NCBI GenBank assembly: GCA_002482775.1
Contig: DLGQ01000002.1
Span: 22,729-86,728 of the forward strand
Origin: Flavobacteriales bacterium UBA7690
GTDB taxonomy: Bacteria > Bacteroidota > Bacteroidia > Flavobacteriales_F > PHOS-HE28
Direction: 5' to 3'
Length of the DNA: 64,000 nucleotides
Shown here: positions 25,655 through 34,910 of the stretch, in pieces
Numbering within the stretch: position 1 is the stretch's first letter
Layout of the letters: every line of letters starts with the position of its first letter
The notes under the pieces: generated by a model
The model's database searches: none
What the model was told of the DNA's origin: nothing
The model's input: only the letters and a program-made list of their open reading frames with translations
Translations under genes and position numbers: made by a program

Positions 25655-28087
25655 TCACGACCGCACTTCGGCCCCCACCCCTTCGATGGCCTTGCGGATC
25701 CTGCCCATGGCCTTCTCCACCTGATCGTCGGTCAAGGTCTTCTCCTCGTCCTGGAGCACGAAGCTGAGCGCATAGCTCTTCTTGCCGGAGGCGAGCTTGT
25801 CACCCTGGTAAACATCGAAGAGGTCCACTTCGCGCAGCAGCTTCTTCTCTGCGCCGAAAGCCAGTTCGCGCAGCTTGTCGAAACGCAGTTCCGTATCGAG
25901 CAACAGGCTAAGGTCACGACGCACGCTGGGGAAACGTCCCACTTCCATGTAACCGGTCTTGTTCCCACGGCACGCATCGAGGAGCACGTGTTCTTCCACT
26001 TCTGCGAAGAACACCGGTTGCGAAACGTCGGAAGCTTTCAACTGTGTGGTCTTCACTTCGCCGATCCACCCCGCATGGCGGCCATGGATGGTCAGTGCAT
26101 GCGCATGATCCAGCAGGGCATGCTCTTTGGGTGCCCAAGCGCTGGCGTTCTCCAACCCCAGCCTACCGAGCATTGCTTCCAGCTCTTCCTTCACGTCCAT
26201 CAGTTCGGCACGGCGATCATCTGCACGCCAGCGTTCCCGGAAGCGGCGACCGGTGATGGTGATCGCGAGCACATCGGTCTCCACCGTGCCCTTCAGCATA
26301 TTCCGGTAAACGCGCCCGCGCTCGAAGAAGCGTAGATCGCGCTTCTGGCGATTGCTATTGTGGGCAATGGCCGCCAAGGCACCGAAGAGCATCGTTGGGC
26401 GCAACACATCCAATTCTGCGCTCAGCGGGTTCTTCAGACGCACCAGATCATTCTCCGTAGCAACGTCGGACGCCACACTGCGGGCGCCGTTCACCAGCGA
26501 TGGGGTCATGATCTCGCGCAAACCGCGCGCCACCAGATGTGCGGACAACTGCGCGCCAACGCTCTCCGCGCTAAGCGGGGCATGAAGCGCAGGTGGCACC
26601 ATCAGCCGTTCGGGCAGCGGCACATTATCGTAGCCATGGATGCGCAGGATCTCTTCCACCACATCGGCAGGACGATGAACATCCACACGGTACGAAGGCA
26701 CTTCCACCACGAGGCCATGCGTATCGCGTTTCACCATGGTGAAGTCGAGCAATTCCAGCGCGCGGACCACGGCATCATGATCAATATGCATGCCGGTGAG
26801 GCGGTCGCACTGTGCAAAGGTGAATGCCACTGTCGGCACATGCTTCAAGGTATTGTCGATGTCGGTGATCGCGGAAACGATGCGCGCTCCTGCCACCTCC
26901 TTCAAGAGCAAGGCCGCACGCTTAAGCGCATATACGGTCTGGCGCGGATCCACACCACGCTCGAAGCGGAACGACGCATCAGTGTTCAAGCCATGGCGAC
27001 GCGCAGTGCGGCGGATCGTACCGGGCTCGAAACAGGCGCTCTCCAGGAACACCGTGGTGGTCTTCTCGCTCACACCACTCGCGGCACCGCCGAACACACC
27101 CGCGATACATGCGGGACGTTCGCCATCGGCGATCACCAGGTCTTGCGCGTCGAGCTTGCGTTCCTTGCCATCCAATGTGGTGAACCCCTCACCAGCCGTT
27201 GCCATGCGTACCACGATGCGGTTCCCGCGCAGCGTTCCTGCATCAAAGGCGTGCAACGGTTGTGCGAGTTCGTGTTGCACGTAGTTCGTCACGTCCACCA
27301 CGTTGTTTATCGGCTTCAACCCGATGGCGAGCAAGCGATCCTGCAACCATTTCGGCGAGGGCGCTACACGTACGTCAGCCAACGTGACGCCCGCATAGCG
27401 TGGACAGGCGAAAACATCGTTCACTTCCACGGCGATCGCACTTCCAGTGCCGTCCTGTGCGAAGGCATCCACCGACGGCAACTTCAATTCCACCTCCGCA
27501 CCGGTACGATGCACTAGTGCAGCACGTAGATCACGCGCCACACCGAAATGCCCCATGGCATCGGTTCGGTTGGGTGTAAGGCCGATCTCCAGCACGTGGT
27601 CGCTGGTGAGACCGAGGTGGATCGACGCGGTCTCCCCGATCTTCGCCGCCGCATCCAGCACCATGATCCCCGCGTGGCTCTGGCCAAGGCCGAGTTCATC
27701 CTCGGCGCAGATCATGCCGTTGCTTTCCTGCCCGCGGATCTTGCTCTTCTTGATCACGAAGCTGGTGCCATCGGGCAAGTGGATGGTGGTACCGATGGTG
27801 GCCACCAACACCTTCTGATCCTTCGCCACATTGGGTGCGCCACAAACGATCTGTTGGGGTCCACCCGCCCCGATATCCACCAGGCAAACGCTCAAGCGAT
27901 CGGCATCGGGATGTTTGGCGCACTCCAGCACATGGCCCACCACTACACCGGCGAGCATGCCCTTCACGGGTTCGAAAAGCTCCACGCTTTCGGTCTCCAG
28001 ACCGGTGCTGGTGAGCATGGCGGCGGCTTGTTGCGGCGTGAGGTCGGTATCGATGTACTGGCGGAGCCAGTTCCAGGAGATGCGCAT
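25655..28087 (-). CDS. pheT: phenylalanine--tRNA ligase beta subunit
   Basis: Start ATG 28087 (MRISWNWLRQYIDTDL...), about 810 aa with the typical PheT domain order. Track ORF 25655-28333 adds a spurious N-terminal extension. Confidence 0.95.
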   Translation of the reverse strand: MRISWNWLRQYIDTDLTPQQAAAMLTSTGLETESVELFEPVKGMLAGVVVGHVLECAKHPDADRLSVCLVDIGAGGPQQIVCGAPNVAKDQKVLVATIGTTIHLPDGTSFVIKKSKIRGQESNGMICAEDELGLGQSHAGIMVLDAAAKIGETASIHLGLTSDHVLEIGLTPNRTDAMGHFGVARDLRAALVHRTGAEVELKLPSVDAFAQDGTGSAIAVEVNDVFACPRYAGVTLADVRVAPSPKWLQDRLLAIGLKPINNVVDVTNYVQHELAQPLHAFDAGTLRGNRIVVRMATAGEGFTTLDGKERKLDAQDLVIADGERPACIAGVFGGAASGVSEKTTTVFLESACFEPGTIRRTARRHGLNTDASFRFERGVDPRQTVYALKRAALLLKEVAGARIVSAITDIDNTLKHVPTVAFTFAQCDRLTGMHIDHDAVVRALELLDFTMVKRDTHGLVVEVPSYRVDVHRPADVVEEILRIHGYDNVPLPERLMVPPALHAPLSAESVGAQLSAHLVARGLREIMTPSLVNGARSVASDVATENDLVRLKNPLSAELDVLRPTMLFGALAAIAHNSNRQKRDLRFFERGRVYRNMLKGTVETDVLAITITGRRFRERWRADDRRAELMDVKEELEAMLGRLGLENASAWAPKEHALLDHAHALTIHGRHAGWIGEVKTTQLKASDVSQPVFFAEVEEHVLLDACRGNKTGYMEVGRFPSVRRDLSLLLDTELRFDKLRELAFGAEKKLLREVDLFDVYQGDKLASGKKSYALSFVLQDEEKTLTDDQVEKAMGRIRKAIEGVGAEVRS

Positions 28088-28175
28088 GGTGTGAACGCTT
28101 TCTGCGAAAGGTCGGCGAAGATACCAATGTGGCTTACTGTGGAGGATCTTGGCCAAGGCGTGTAAATTCGGGACC

Positions 28176-29429
28176 ATGGACGCCATTGCCTTGGCCATAC
28201 CCTTCTTCTTCCTGCTCATGGGGCTGGAAGTGGCGTGGAGCGCGTGGACGAAGCGGCACGTGTACCGGTTCAACGATTTCATCGCGAACATGGGTTGCGG
28301 CATCGGTTCGCAGATCGTGGGGGCCTTCACCAAGGCGGTGATCTTCGCTGCCTACTTGTGGACTTACGACACGTATCGGCTTTTCACCTTGGAAAAGTCG
28401 GCGCTCACATGGGTAGTGGCATTCCTGGCGGTGGACCTGCTGTACTATTGGTTCCATCGGCTCAGCCACGAAGTGAATTTCCTCTGGGCGGCGCATGTGG
28501 TCCATCACCAGAGCGAGGAGTACAACCTGAGCGTGGCTTTGCGCCAAAGCTGGTGGCAGGGTTTGTTCAGCTGGTGGTTCTACTTGCCGCTCGCGTTGTT
28601 CGGTGTTCACCCGGTCATCATCGTCACGGTGGGCGCGGTGAACACGCTCTACCAGTTCTGGATCCACACGAAAGCCATTGGCACGCTCGGCCCTCTCGAA
28701 TGGATACTGAACACACCGAGCCACCATCGTGTGCACCACGGCAGCGACCCGAAGTACATCGACCGCAACCATGCGGGAACACTGATCGTTTGGGACAGGA
28801 TCTTCGGCACGTTCCAACCTGAAGAGGAGGAACCGATCTATGGCATCACCACGCCGCTGAACACGTGGGATCCGCTCACGGCGAACTTCTCCTACTGGGG
28901 GGAATTGATCGGACTGGCGCGCCGAAGCGGAGGTTGGCGCAACAAGGTCCTTGTCTTCTTGAAACCACCAGGGTGGCGGCCTGAAGCGTTGGGAGGCCGC
29001 CTCTATCCTATCCAGAAAGAACGCACGACCTACGTGAAGTATGACACCACCGTTCCACGCTCCTGGACCACCATGGCCATGCTCCAGTTCGTCCTGCTAA
29101 TCGCGGTCACATCCTTCTTCTTGTTCCAGCAGCATACGTTCAGCGTACCCCTGCAATGGACCATCGGCGGGTTGGTGCTCTGGTGGGTGATGGAATTGGG
29201 CGTGCTGATGAACGGCCAACGCTGGGCGCTCGTTTCAGGCCTGTTGCGCTCGTTGGTCCTCATGGCGGTAACGGCCACGCTCGGCCCAACCGTTCCGGGC
29301 CTGATCTTGCTCGCCGTGGTATTCCTCTTGATGATCCCGTTGGTCCGGTTCCTGCGCTCCCCTCCACAGCAACCTGGACCGGCCCCTCCAAGAAGAATGG
29401 CAGAGATGCCACACCGGACAGAAGCTTAG
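28176..29429 (+). CDS. fatty acid hydroxylase / sterol desaturase superfamily membrane protein (alkylglycerol monooxygenase-like) with extra C-terminal TM region
   Basis: His boxes HRLSHE, HVVHHQSEEYN and HHRVHHG. The likely start is ATG 28176 (the track uses TTG 28149). Confidence 0.8.
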   Translation: MDAIALAIPFFFLLMGLEVAWSAWTKRHVYRFNDFIANMGCGIGSQIVGAFTKAVIFAAYLWTYDTYRLFTLEKSALTWVVAFLAVDLLYYWFHRLSHEVNFLWAAHVVHHQSEEYNLSVALRQSWWQGLFSWWFYLPLALFGVHPVIIVTVGAVNTLYQFWIHTKAIGTLGPLEWILNTPSHHRVHHGSDPKYIDRNHAGTLIVWDRIFGTFQPEEEEPIYGITTPLNTWDPLTANFSYWGELIGLARRSGGWRNKVLVFLKPPGWRPEALGGRLYPIQKERTTYVKYDTTVPRSWTTMAMLQFVLLIAVTSFFLFQQHTFSVPLQWTIGGLVLWWVMELGVLMNGQRWALVSGLLRSLVLMAVTATLGPTVPGLILLAVVFLLMIPLVRFLRSPPQQPGPAPPRRMAEMPHRTEA

Positions 29430-29491
29430 CATGCTGTCCACATTCGCTTTCCACCGGGCCAAAGGCACTGACTACATTCGTCCCGCTCTCC

Positions 29492-30223
29492 ATGGATCTT
29501 CGCAAACACACTACGTTCAACCTTGGGCTGTACGCTGCGGTCAGCTTGGTCACGATCGTCGGTGAGGTGACCAACACCCACGGGCTGGTGTACGTGTGCA
29601 AACCACTGATGATGGTGGTACTTTCCAGTTGGTTCTACTTCACCAGCAGGCGCGTCGGCGATCGATTCACGTTGCTAGTGCAGGCCGGTCTGTTGTTCTC
29701 GTTGATCGGGGATGTGGCGTTGATGTTCCAGCATGTTGACGAGTTCAATTTCCTCATCGGGCTGGGGGCGTTCCTGATCGCGCAGTTGTGTTATTCCATC
29801 GCCTTCTTGTTGAACGTGCTGGATGCCGGCCGTTCACGCGGAGACCTGATCTCGAGCGCGATCGCCGTGCTGATCATCGCCTATGGTTACTTCTTCGCCA
29901 CACGCCTCCTTCCGAAGGTGGACGAGACGATCGCCATACCGATCACGATCTACGCCGTTGCCATTTGCGCGATGGGTGTTGCCGCTATGTTCCGCTTGGG
30001 CCGGACGTTCTTGCGCAGTTTCATCCTGGTGTTCGCTGGAGCGCTCCTCTTCATCCTGAGCGATAGTTTGTTGGCCACCAACCGCTTTCTCACCCCGCTT
30101 GCTCACGCCCCGTGGTCGGTGATGCTCACCTATGCCATCGCGCAAGCACTGATCGTTTGGGGTGCGCTCGTACACGTGTTGGACCCCGGCGAGATCCGCC
30201 GGAAGGCAGCGTTGAGCACCTAG
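29492..30223 (+). CDS. YhhN family lysoplasmalogenase-like membrane protein
   Basis: Start ATG 29492 (MDLRKHTTFNLGLYAAV...). About 8 TM helices with YhhN-like sequence. The track ORF from 29156 is an out-of-gene extension. Confidence 0.7.
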   Translation: MDLRKHTTFNLGLYAAVSLVTIVGEVTNTHGLVYVCKPLMMVVLSSWFYFTSRRVGDRFTLLVQAGLLFSLIGDVALMFQHVDEFNFLIGLGAFLIAQLCYSIAFLLNVLDAGRSRGDLISSAIAVLIIAYGYFFATRLLPKVDETIAIPITIYAVAICAMGVAAMFRLGRTFLRSFILVFAGALLFILSDSLLATNRFLTPLAHAPWSVMLTYAIAQALIVWGALVHVLDPGEIRRKAALST

Positions 30224-32352
30224 CTGATGCGCCCCCAGAGGGGTTTGCCTTTCACCCGCTCGGCGAGGCTTGCCGCTATGTTCGCGTGGCCAGGGTCGCG
30301 CAGATCGGGATCCTTGTCCAGCAAACGCATCGCTACCTGACGTGCCTGTTGCAGGAGTGCTGCGTCTGCCACCAGATCAGCGATGTGCAGCTCTGGCAAG
30401 CCGCTTTGTTGTGTCCCCATCAGATCACCAGGACCGCGTAAACGCAGATCGGTCTCCGCGATCTCGAAACCATCGTTGGTGCGCACCATGGTCTCGATGC
30501 GTGCACGGGCATCGTTCCCAAGTCGCTCATCGGTCATCAGGATGCAGAAGCTCTGTTCCGCACCGCGCCCTACCCTGCCGCGTAGTTGGTGTAGTTGCGA
30601 GAGGCCGAAACGTTCGGCGTTCTCGATCACCATCACGCTGGCATTGGGAACATCGACTCCCACCTCGATCACCGTGGTCGCCACGAGTATGTTCGTCTCG
30701 CCCTTCTTGAAACGCGCCATCTCGTAGTCTTTCGTGGTTTGATCCATTCGGCCATGGAGCATGCTCACCGCATACTTCGGCAGCGGGAACCGGCGCGAAA
30801 GGCTTTCGAAACCATCGGTCAGGTCCTTCAACTCCTTGCCTCCCGCAGCACTACGAGACACCTTCTCCGGATCGCCTTCTTCGATCAGCGGATACACCAC
30901 GTAGACCTGCCTGCCTTTGGCGAGTTCTTCTTCCAGGAAACCGAAGACCGCATTGCGCGAAGAGTCGTAGCGATGCACCGTGCGGATCGGTTTCCGTCCT
31001 GGTGGGAGTTCATCGATCACACTGGTGTCCAGATCACCGTAGAGCGTCATGGCTAGAGTGCGTGGAATGGGCGTGGCGGTCATGACCAGCACATGCGGTG
31101 GCACCTCGCTCTTCGCCCAAAGCCGTGCCCGTTGCGCCACACCGAACCGGTGCTGCTCATCGATCACCACGAGGCCGAGGCGGTTGAATTGCACGCGGTC
31201 TTCCAGCAAGGCATGTGTGCCAACAACGATGTGTACGGCACCCATCTTCAACGCGGTGAGGATGGCTTTCCGGTCGGCCGTCTTGGTACTACCCGTGAGC
31301 AAACGCACCTGTATGGGAAGTCCTTCGAGGAAGCGGGCGATCGTGGCATGATGCTGTTGCGCGAGGATCTCCGTCGGGGCCATCAACGCGCTTTGGAAAC
31401 CGTTATCCAGCGCGATGAGCATGCTCAGCAGGCCGACCAGCGTTTTCCCACTGCCCACATCGCCCTGCACCAAGCGGTTCATTTGGTGGCCACTGCCCAT
31501 GTCCTTGCGGATCTCCTTCACCACGCGCTTCTGTGCACCGGTGAGTTGGAATGGAAGATGCTCGGCATAGAAGCGGTTGAAGTGTTCTCCCACGGAAGTG
31601 AACACGTTCCCACGCAAGCTCTGTTGCAATTGGAGCTTCTGCTTCAACAGCTGTAGTTGGATGAAGAAGAGTTCCTCGAACTTCAACCGTCGGATAGCCG
31701 CATCGAGGCGGTCTTGATCCTGCGGTGCGTGTACCTGCCGATGCGCTTGTTCGCGTCCTACGCCGTTCAGCCATTCCACCAGTTCGTGGCTCAACGTCTC
31801 CGGTAATTGACCCGTCAGCTGCGTGATCAGCGTTTTCTGGAGCTTCCAGATGGCGCGGCTGCCGAGGCCTTTCGCATTGAGCTTCTCGGTGGTGCTGTAC
31901 ACCGGTTGAAGTGAAGCATCCAACCCTTGCTCCCAGGTGGCAGCGAGTTCCAGTTCGGGATGTGCGAAGTTGAAGCGCCCGTTGAACGAGCTTGGCTTGC
32001 CGAAGAGGATATACTCCTGCCCCGGCTTCAGCGACCCCAACAACCAACGCGCGCCTTTGAACCAGACTAGTTCCACGGTACCCGAATCGTCGGTGAGGCT
32101 GGACACCAACCGACGGCCTTGTTTCTCGCCCACCATCCGCACCGCACCGAGAACTCCCCTCAATTGGGCCTGCGGAAGATCCTCAGCGATCTCGCGCACC
32201 TTGTGGAAACGGCTGCGATCCACGTAGCGGAATGGGAAATGCTGCAACAGGTCGCCATAAGTGGCGATGTTGAGTTCCGTGCGCAACAGTTCGGCCCGCT
32301 GCGGACCAACTCCTTTCAGGAATTCGATGGGCGTGGCGAGCACATCGTGCAT
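30220..32352 (-). CDS. recG: ATP-dependent DNA helicase RecG
   Basis: Start ATG 32352 (MHDVLATPIEFLKGVGPQRAELL). Walker A GDVGSGKT, DEQHRFG, QLHQLRGRVGRG. Confidence 0.95.
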   Translation of the reverse strand: MHDVLATPIEFLKGVGPQRAELLRTELNIATYGDLLQHFPFRYVDRSRFHKVREIAEDLPQAQLRGVLGAVRMVGEKQGRRLVSSLTDDSGTVELVWFKGARWLLGSLKPGQEYILFGKPSSFNGRFNFAHPELELAATWEQGLDASLQPVYSTTEKLNAKGLGSRAIWKLQKTLITQLTGQLPETLSHELVEWLNGVGREQAHRQVHAPQDQDRLDAAIRRLKFEELFFIQLQLLKQKLQLQQSLRGNVFTSVGEHFNRFYAEHLPFQLTGAQKRVVKEIRKDMGSGHQMNRLVQGDVGSGKTLVGLLSMLIALDNGFQSALMAPTEILAQQHHATIARFLEGLPIQVRLLTGSTKTADRKAILTALKMGAVHIVVGTHALLEDRVQFNRLGLVVIDEQHRFGVAQRARLWAKSEVPPHVLVMTATPIPRTLAMTLYGDLDTSVIDELPPGRKPIRTVHRYDSSRNAVFGFLEEELAKGRQVYVVYPLIEEGDPEKVSRSAAGGKELKDLTDGFESLSRRFPLPKYAVSMLHGRMDQTTKDYEMARFKKGETNILVATTVIEVGVDVPNASVMVIENAERFGLSQLHQLRGRVGRGAEQSFCILMTDERLGNDARARIETMVRTNDGFEIAETDLRLRGPGDLMGTQQSGLPELHIADLVADAALLQQARQVAMRLLDKDPDLRDPGHANIAASLAERVKGKPLWGRIS

Positions 32353-32396
32353 GGGCGAAAAGTACCACGGCGAACGGGGTACTTTCGCCTGCCGCC

Positions 32397-33812
32397 ATGC
32401 CAGCTTCCACTTTTCATGCACCTGCATCGCACCGTTGGTCGTGGGCGCGCACGACCGATATCCTGTGTTGGCTGGCGATCGGCTACCTCGGCTGGTTCGC
32501 GTTGCACTTCTACGCCGAACGTATTCATGGCGATGCCTCCTACTTCCTGCTAAAGATCGTGGACGAAGGCACCTTCTTCGTGAGCCATGGCCGTTGGATC
32601 ATGCCGCTCTCCCAGTGGATGGCCGTGCTCGGTGTGAAGGCAGGTGTACCCATGACCACACTGATCACGCTCTATTCGCTGGGCAACGTGGCCATCGTGT
32701 TGTTCGCGTTCAGCTTCGTTCGGTACGGACTGCATGACCGGAGCGCAGGTATCGCGGTGATCGGAACCCAGATGCTCGGCCTTGCTGATGCGCTCTTCTG
32801 CCCGGTGTTCGAGTTCTACTACGGCTCCATGCTGTTGGTGGTCTGCCTGGCCTTGATCCGCAACGGAGGCATGAACATTGCGATCCGATCATCACTCTTC
32901 GCGGTCTTGCTGTTCCTCGCACTGTCAAGTCATTTCATGGCCATGCTTGTCGCGGGGATGATCCTGTTCACTATTCGTGTCTGGCAAGACCGCGCCTTCG
33001 GCATCACCACGGCGGCCGTGTTCCTTGCACACCTCGCCGTGCGGTTGACCTTCTTATCGGACTACGAAGAGCGAGCGATCGATTCGTTATGGATCCGGTT
33101 CGACGTACTTGGCATGTGTTGGGCGTTCCATCCCGGAAGGCTGTTCGCGCATGGCGTGCACGCGTTGGTCAGCTATCCCGATGTGATCCTGCTGAGCCTT
33201 CTTGCCACGTTCACCTTCATCCGCCAACGCGCGTGGCGCACGGCCTTCTTGTTCTGCGGCGGCATCCTGGTGATCTACGTGCTCCAATCGCTCTATTTCC
33301 CGGATGGAACGCACTCCATCTACCGCGAGATCGTGGACTACCCGTTCGCCGTCTGGGTCATCGTGGTGGTCTTCGCGATGCGAACTGAAACCGCACGTGT
33401 GAACAATGCCTGGCGTTGGGCTATCATGGCCTGTTTGATCTATCGATGCATGGCCCCTTTACAGATCGCTGACACCTACAGCGCCCGTGTTGCGTGGATG
33501 CGCGACCGGATCAGGGAGGCACATGATCAGGGTATCCAACGCGGCTTCGTACTCGAATCGTCCACACACGATCCACCAGGCAATGGCGTTGGTCCGTTCA
33601 CCGCGCTGAACCCAACGGAAGTGATCCTCTTGTCTGCAGAAGCAGGTCCCGATCCCACTGTTGTATTGTTCCCAACACGAACTGCCGTGGTGAATGACAG
33701 CATCGAAGACCTGCTGGAACAGAAACTGATCGACTCGGACATCCCGTTGATCTGGCATTCCCGTTCGCCCTATTTCAACGTTGCGGAAGAACCATTCCGG
33801 ATCTTACGCTGA
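32397..33812 (+). CDS. uncharacterised polytopic membrane protein
   Basis: 471-aa ORF with about 10 hydrophobic helices and then a soluble C-terminal ~90 aa. I do not recognise any motif. Confidence 0.5.
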   Translation: MPASTFHAPASHRWSWARTTDILCWLAIGYLGWFALHFYAERIHGDASYFLLKIVDEGTFFVSHGRWIMPLSQWMAVLGVKAGVPMTTLITLYSLGNVAIVLFAFSFVRYGLHDRSAGIAVIGTQMLGLADALFCPVFEFYYGSMLLVVCLALIRNGGMNIAIRSSLFAVLLFLALSSHFMAMLVAGMILFTIRVWQDRAFGITTAAVFLAHLAVRLTFLSDYEERAIDSLWIRFDVLGMCWAFHPGRLFAHGVHALVSYPDVILLSLLATFTFIRQRAWRTAFLFCGGILVIYVLQSLYFPDGTHSIYREIVDYPFAVWVIVVVFAMRTETARVNNAWRWAIMACLIYRCMAPLQIADTYSARVAWMRDRIREAHDQGIQRGFVLESSTHDPPGNGVGPFTALNPTEVILLSAEAGPDPTVVLFPTRTAVVNDSIEDLLEQKLIDSDIPLIWHSRSPYFNVAEEPFRILR

Positions 33813-33976
33813 ATGGCACTTCGGCATTAATGCATCTGGAACCTGGCTGCTGATCCTGCCGTCCGTTGTTCCTTCAGTTCAAAGTTCATGGACAAGATCC
33901 TTCAGGAAGGTGCTATGAAAAGAGAGAGCCGACCATTCGCAAGTGCGACGATCGGCCTTCCAGTGATTCAAAATGA

Positions 33977-34852
33977 TCAGCTCGGTGTGCTCACGCGCTC
34001 CTTGCCCACCATATCGCCCAATCGGCACATCACGCCGCTCAGTGCTGCGTAACCGGTGGCCGCTACGGCTTTCGCGATGCTGTTCCGTTTCTTGAATTCC
34101 CACACATCCTTCAGGAAGAGCGGGAAATTGTGGTCGTTCAACAGATCGAAGGCGACGGAGATCGTAGGCTCCAAGCTCTTCGCGGTATGCCAGATGCCGA
34201 AGGGGATGAACAGCGTTTCGCCGGGCCCCACCACGAATTTGATCGGTGTGGCGTTCTTGTACAAGGGGAATTTCTCCAGATCCACGTTCTCGATGTCCGG
34301 GATCATGCTCTTCCACTTGTCCTTGGGATCGGGGTAGAGGTATTAATCCTGCCCGCGTGGCCAAACGGTGAATTCCTTGTGCCCGTAGATCTGGTTGATC
34401 CACGCGCTCATGTGGTAATAATCAAGATGGACGTAGGGGAATTTGCCACCGGGACCACCGATGAACAACTCGGTGATGCCACCCCAGTAGCCGCGGCGGA
34501 ACCAAGAGCTCTCCATCCAGTTCGGTTTGGCGAACCCGATGTTGAGCGGTGTGATCATGTGGGTGAGCTCTGGCCAGCCACCACCCAGTTCGTACTTGCA
34601 TGGGTAGGGGACCGGACGACTCGTGTCCTTGCCTTCCACCAGATCCATGATCTCTGTCATGGTATACTCCTGGCCGTTCACCACGGTCTTGCGGCTGCCG
34701 TGGTTCTTGCGGAACCACTCCGGCGAGAACGTGTTGTAAGCACCCCACACACGCGTGGCGTTCTTCAGCACGAGCGGGATGCCCGGCTTCCAATGCTCGT
34801 TGATGAACCGTTCGTGGGAGAACTCGGAGGCTTCAACTTTCTTGACTTCCAT
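33977..34852 (-). pseudogene. JmjC/cupin-like domain gene interrupted by one in-frame TAA
   Basis: Track ORFs 34343-34852 and 33977-34306 are in the same frame. The minus strand reads ...WPRGQD-TAA-YLYPDPKDKWKSMIPDIENVDL... with the stop at 34345-34343. Confidence 0.7.
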
Positions 34853-34910
34853 GGGGTTTCAGATGGGCCGTTTAACGGACTTTTGGCGGAAAGGATACGC
34901 CCGGTACACT

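Noticed and set aside
26360-27517. 385-aa plus-strand ORF (and 27548-28165) opposite pheT
   Set aside because: pheT is certain. These are antisense shadows with His/Arg-rich composition.
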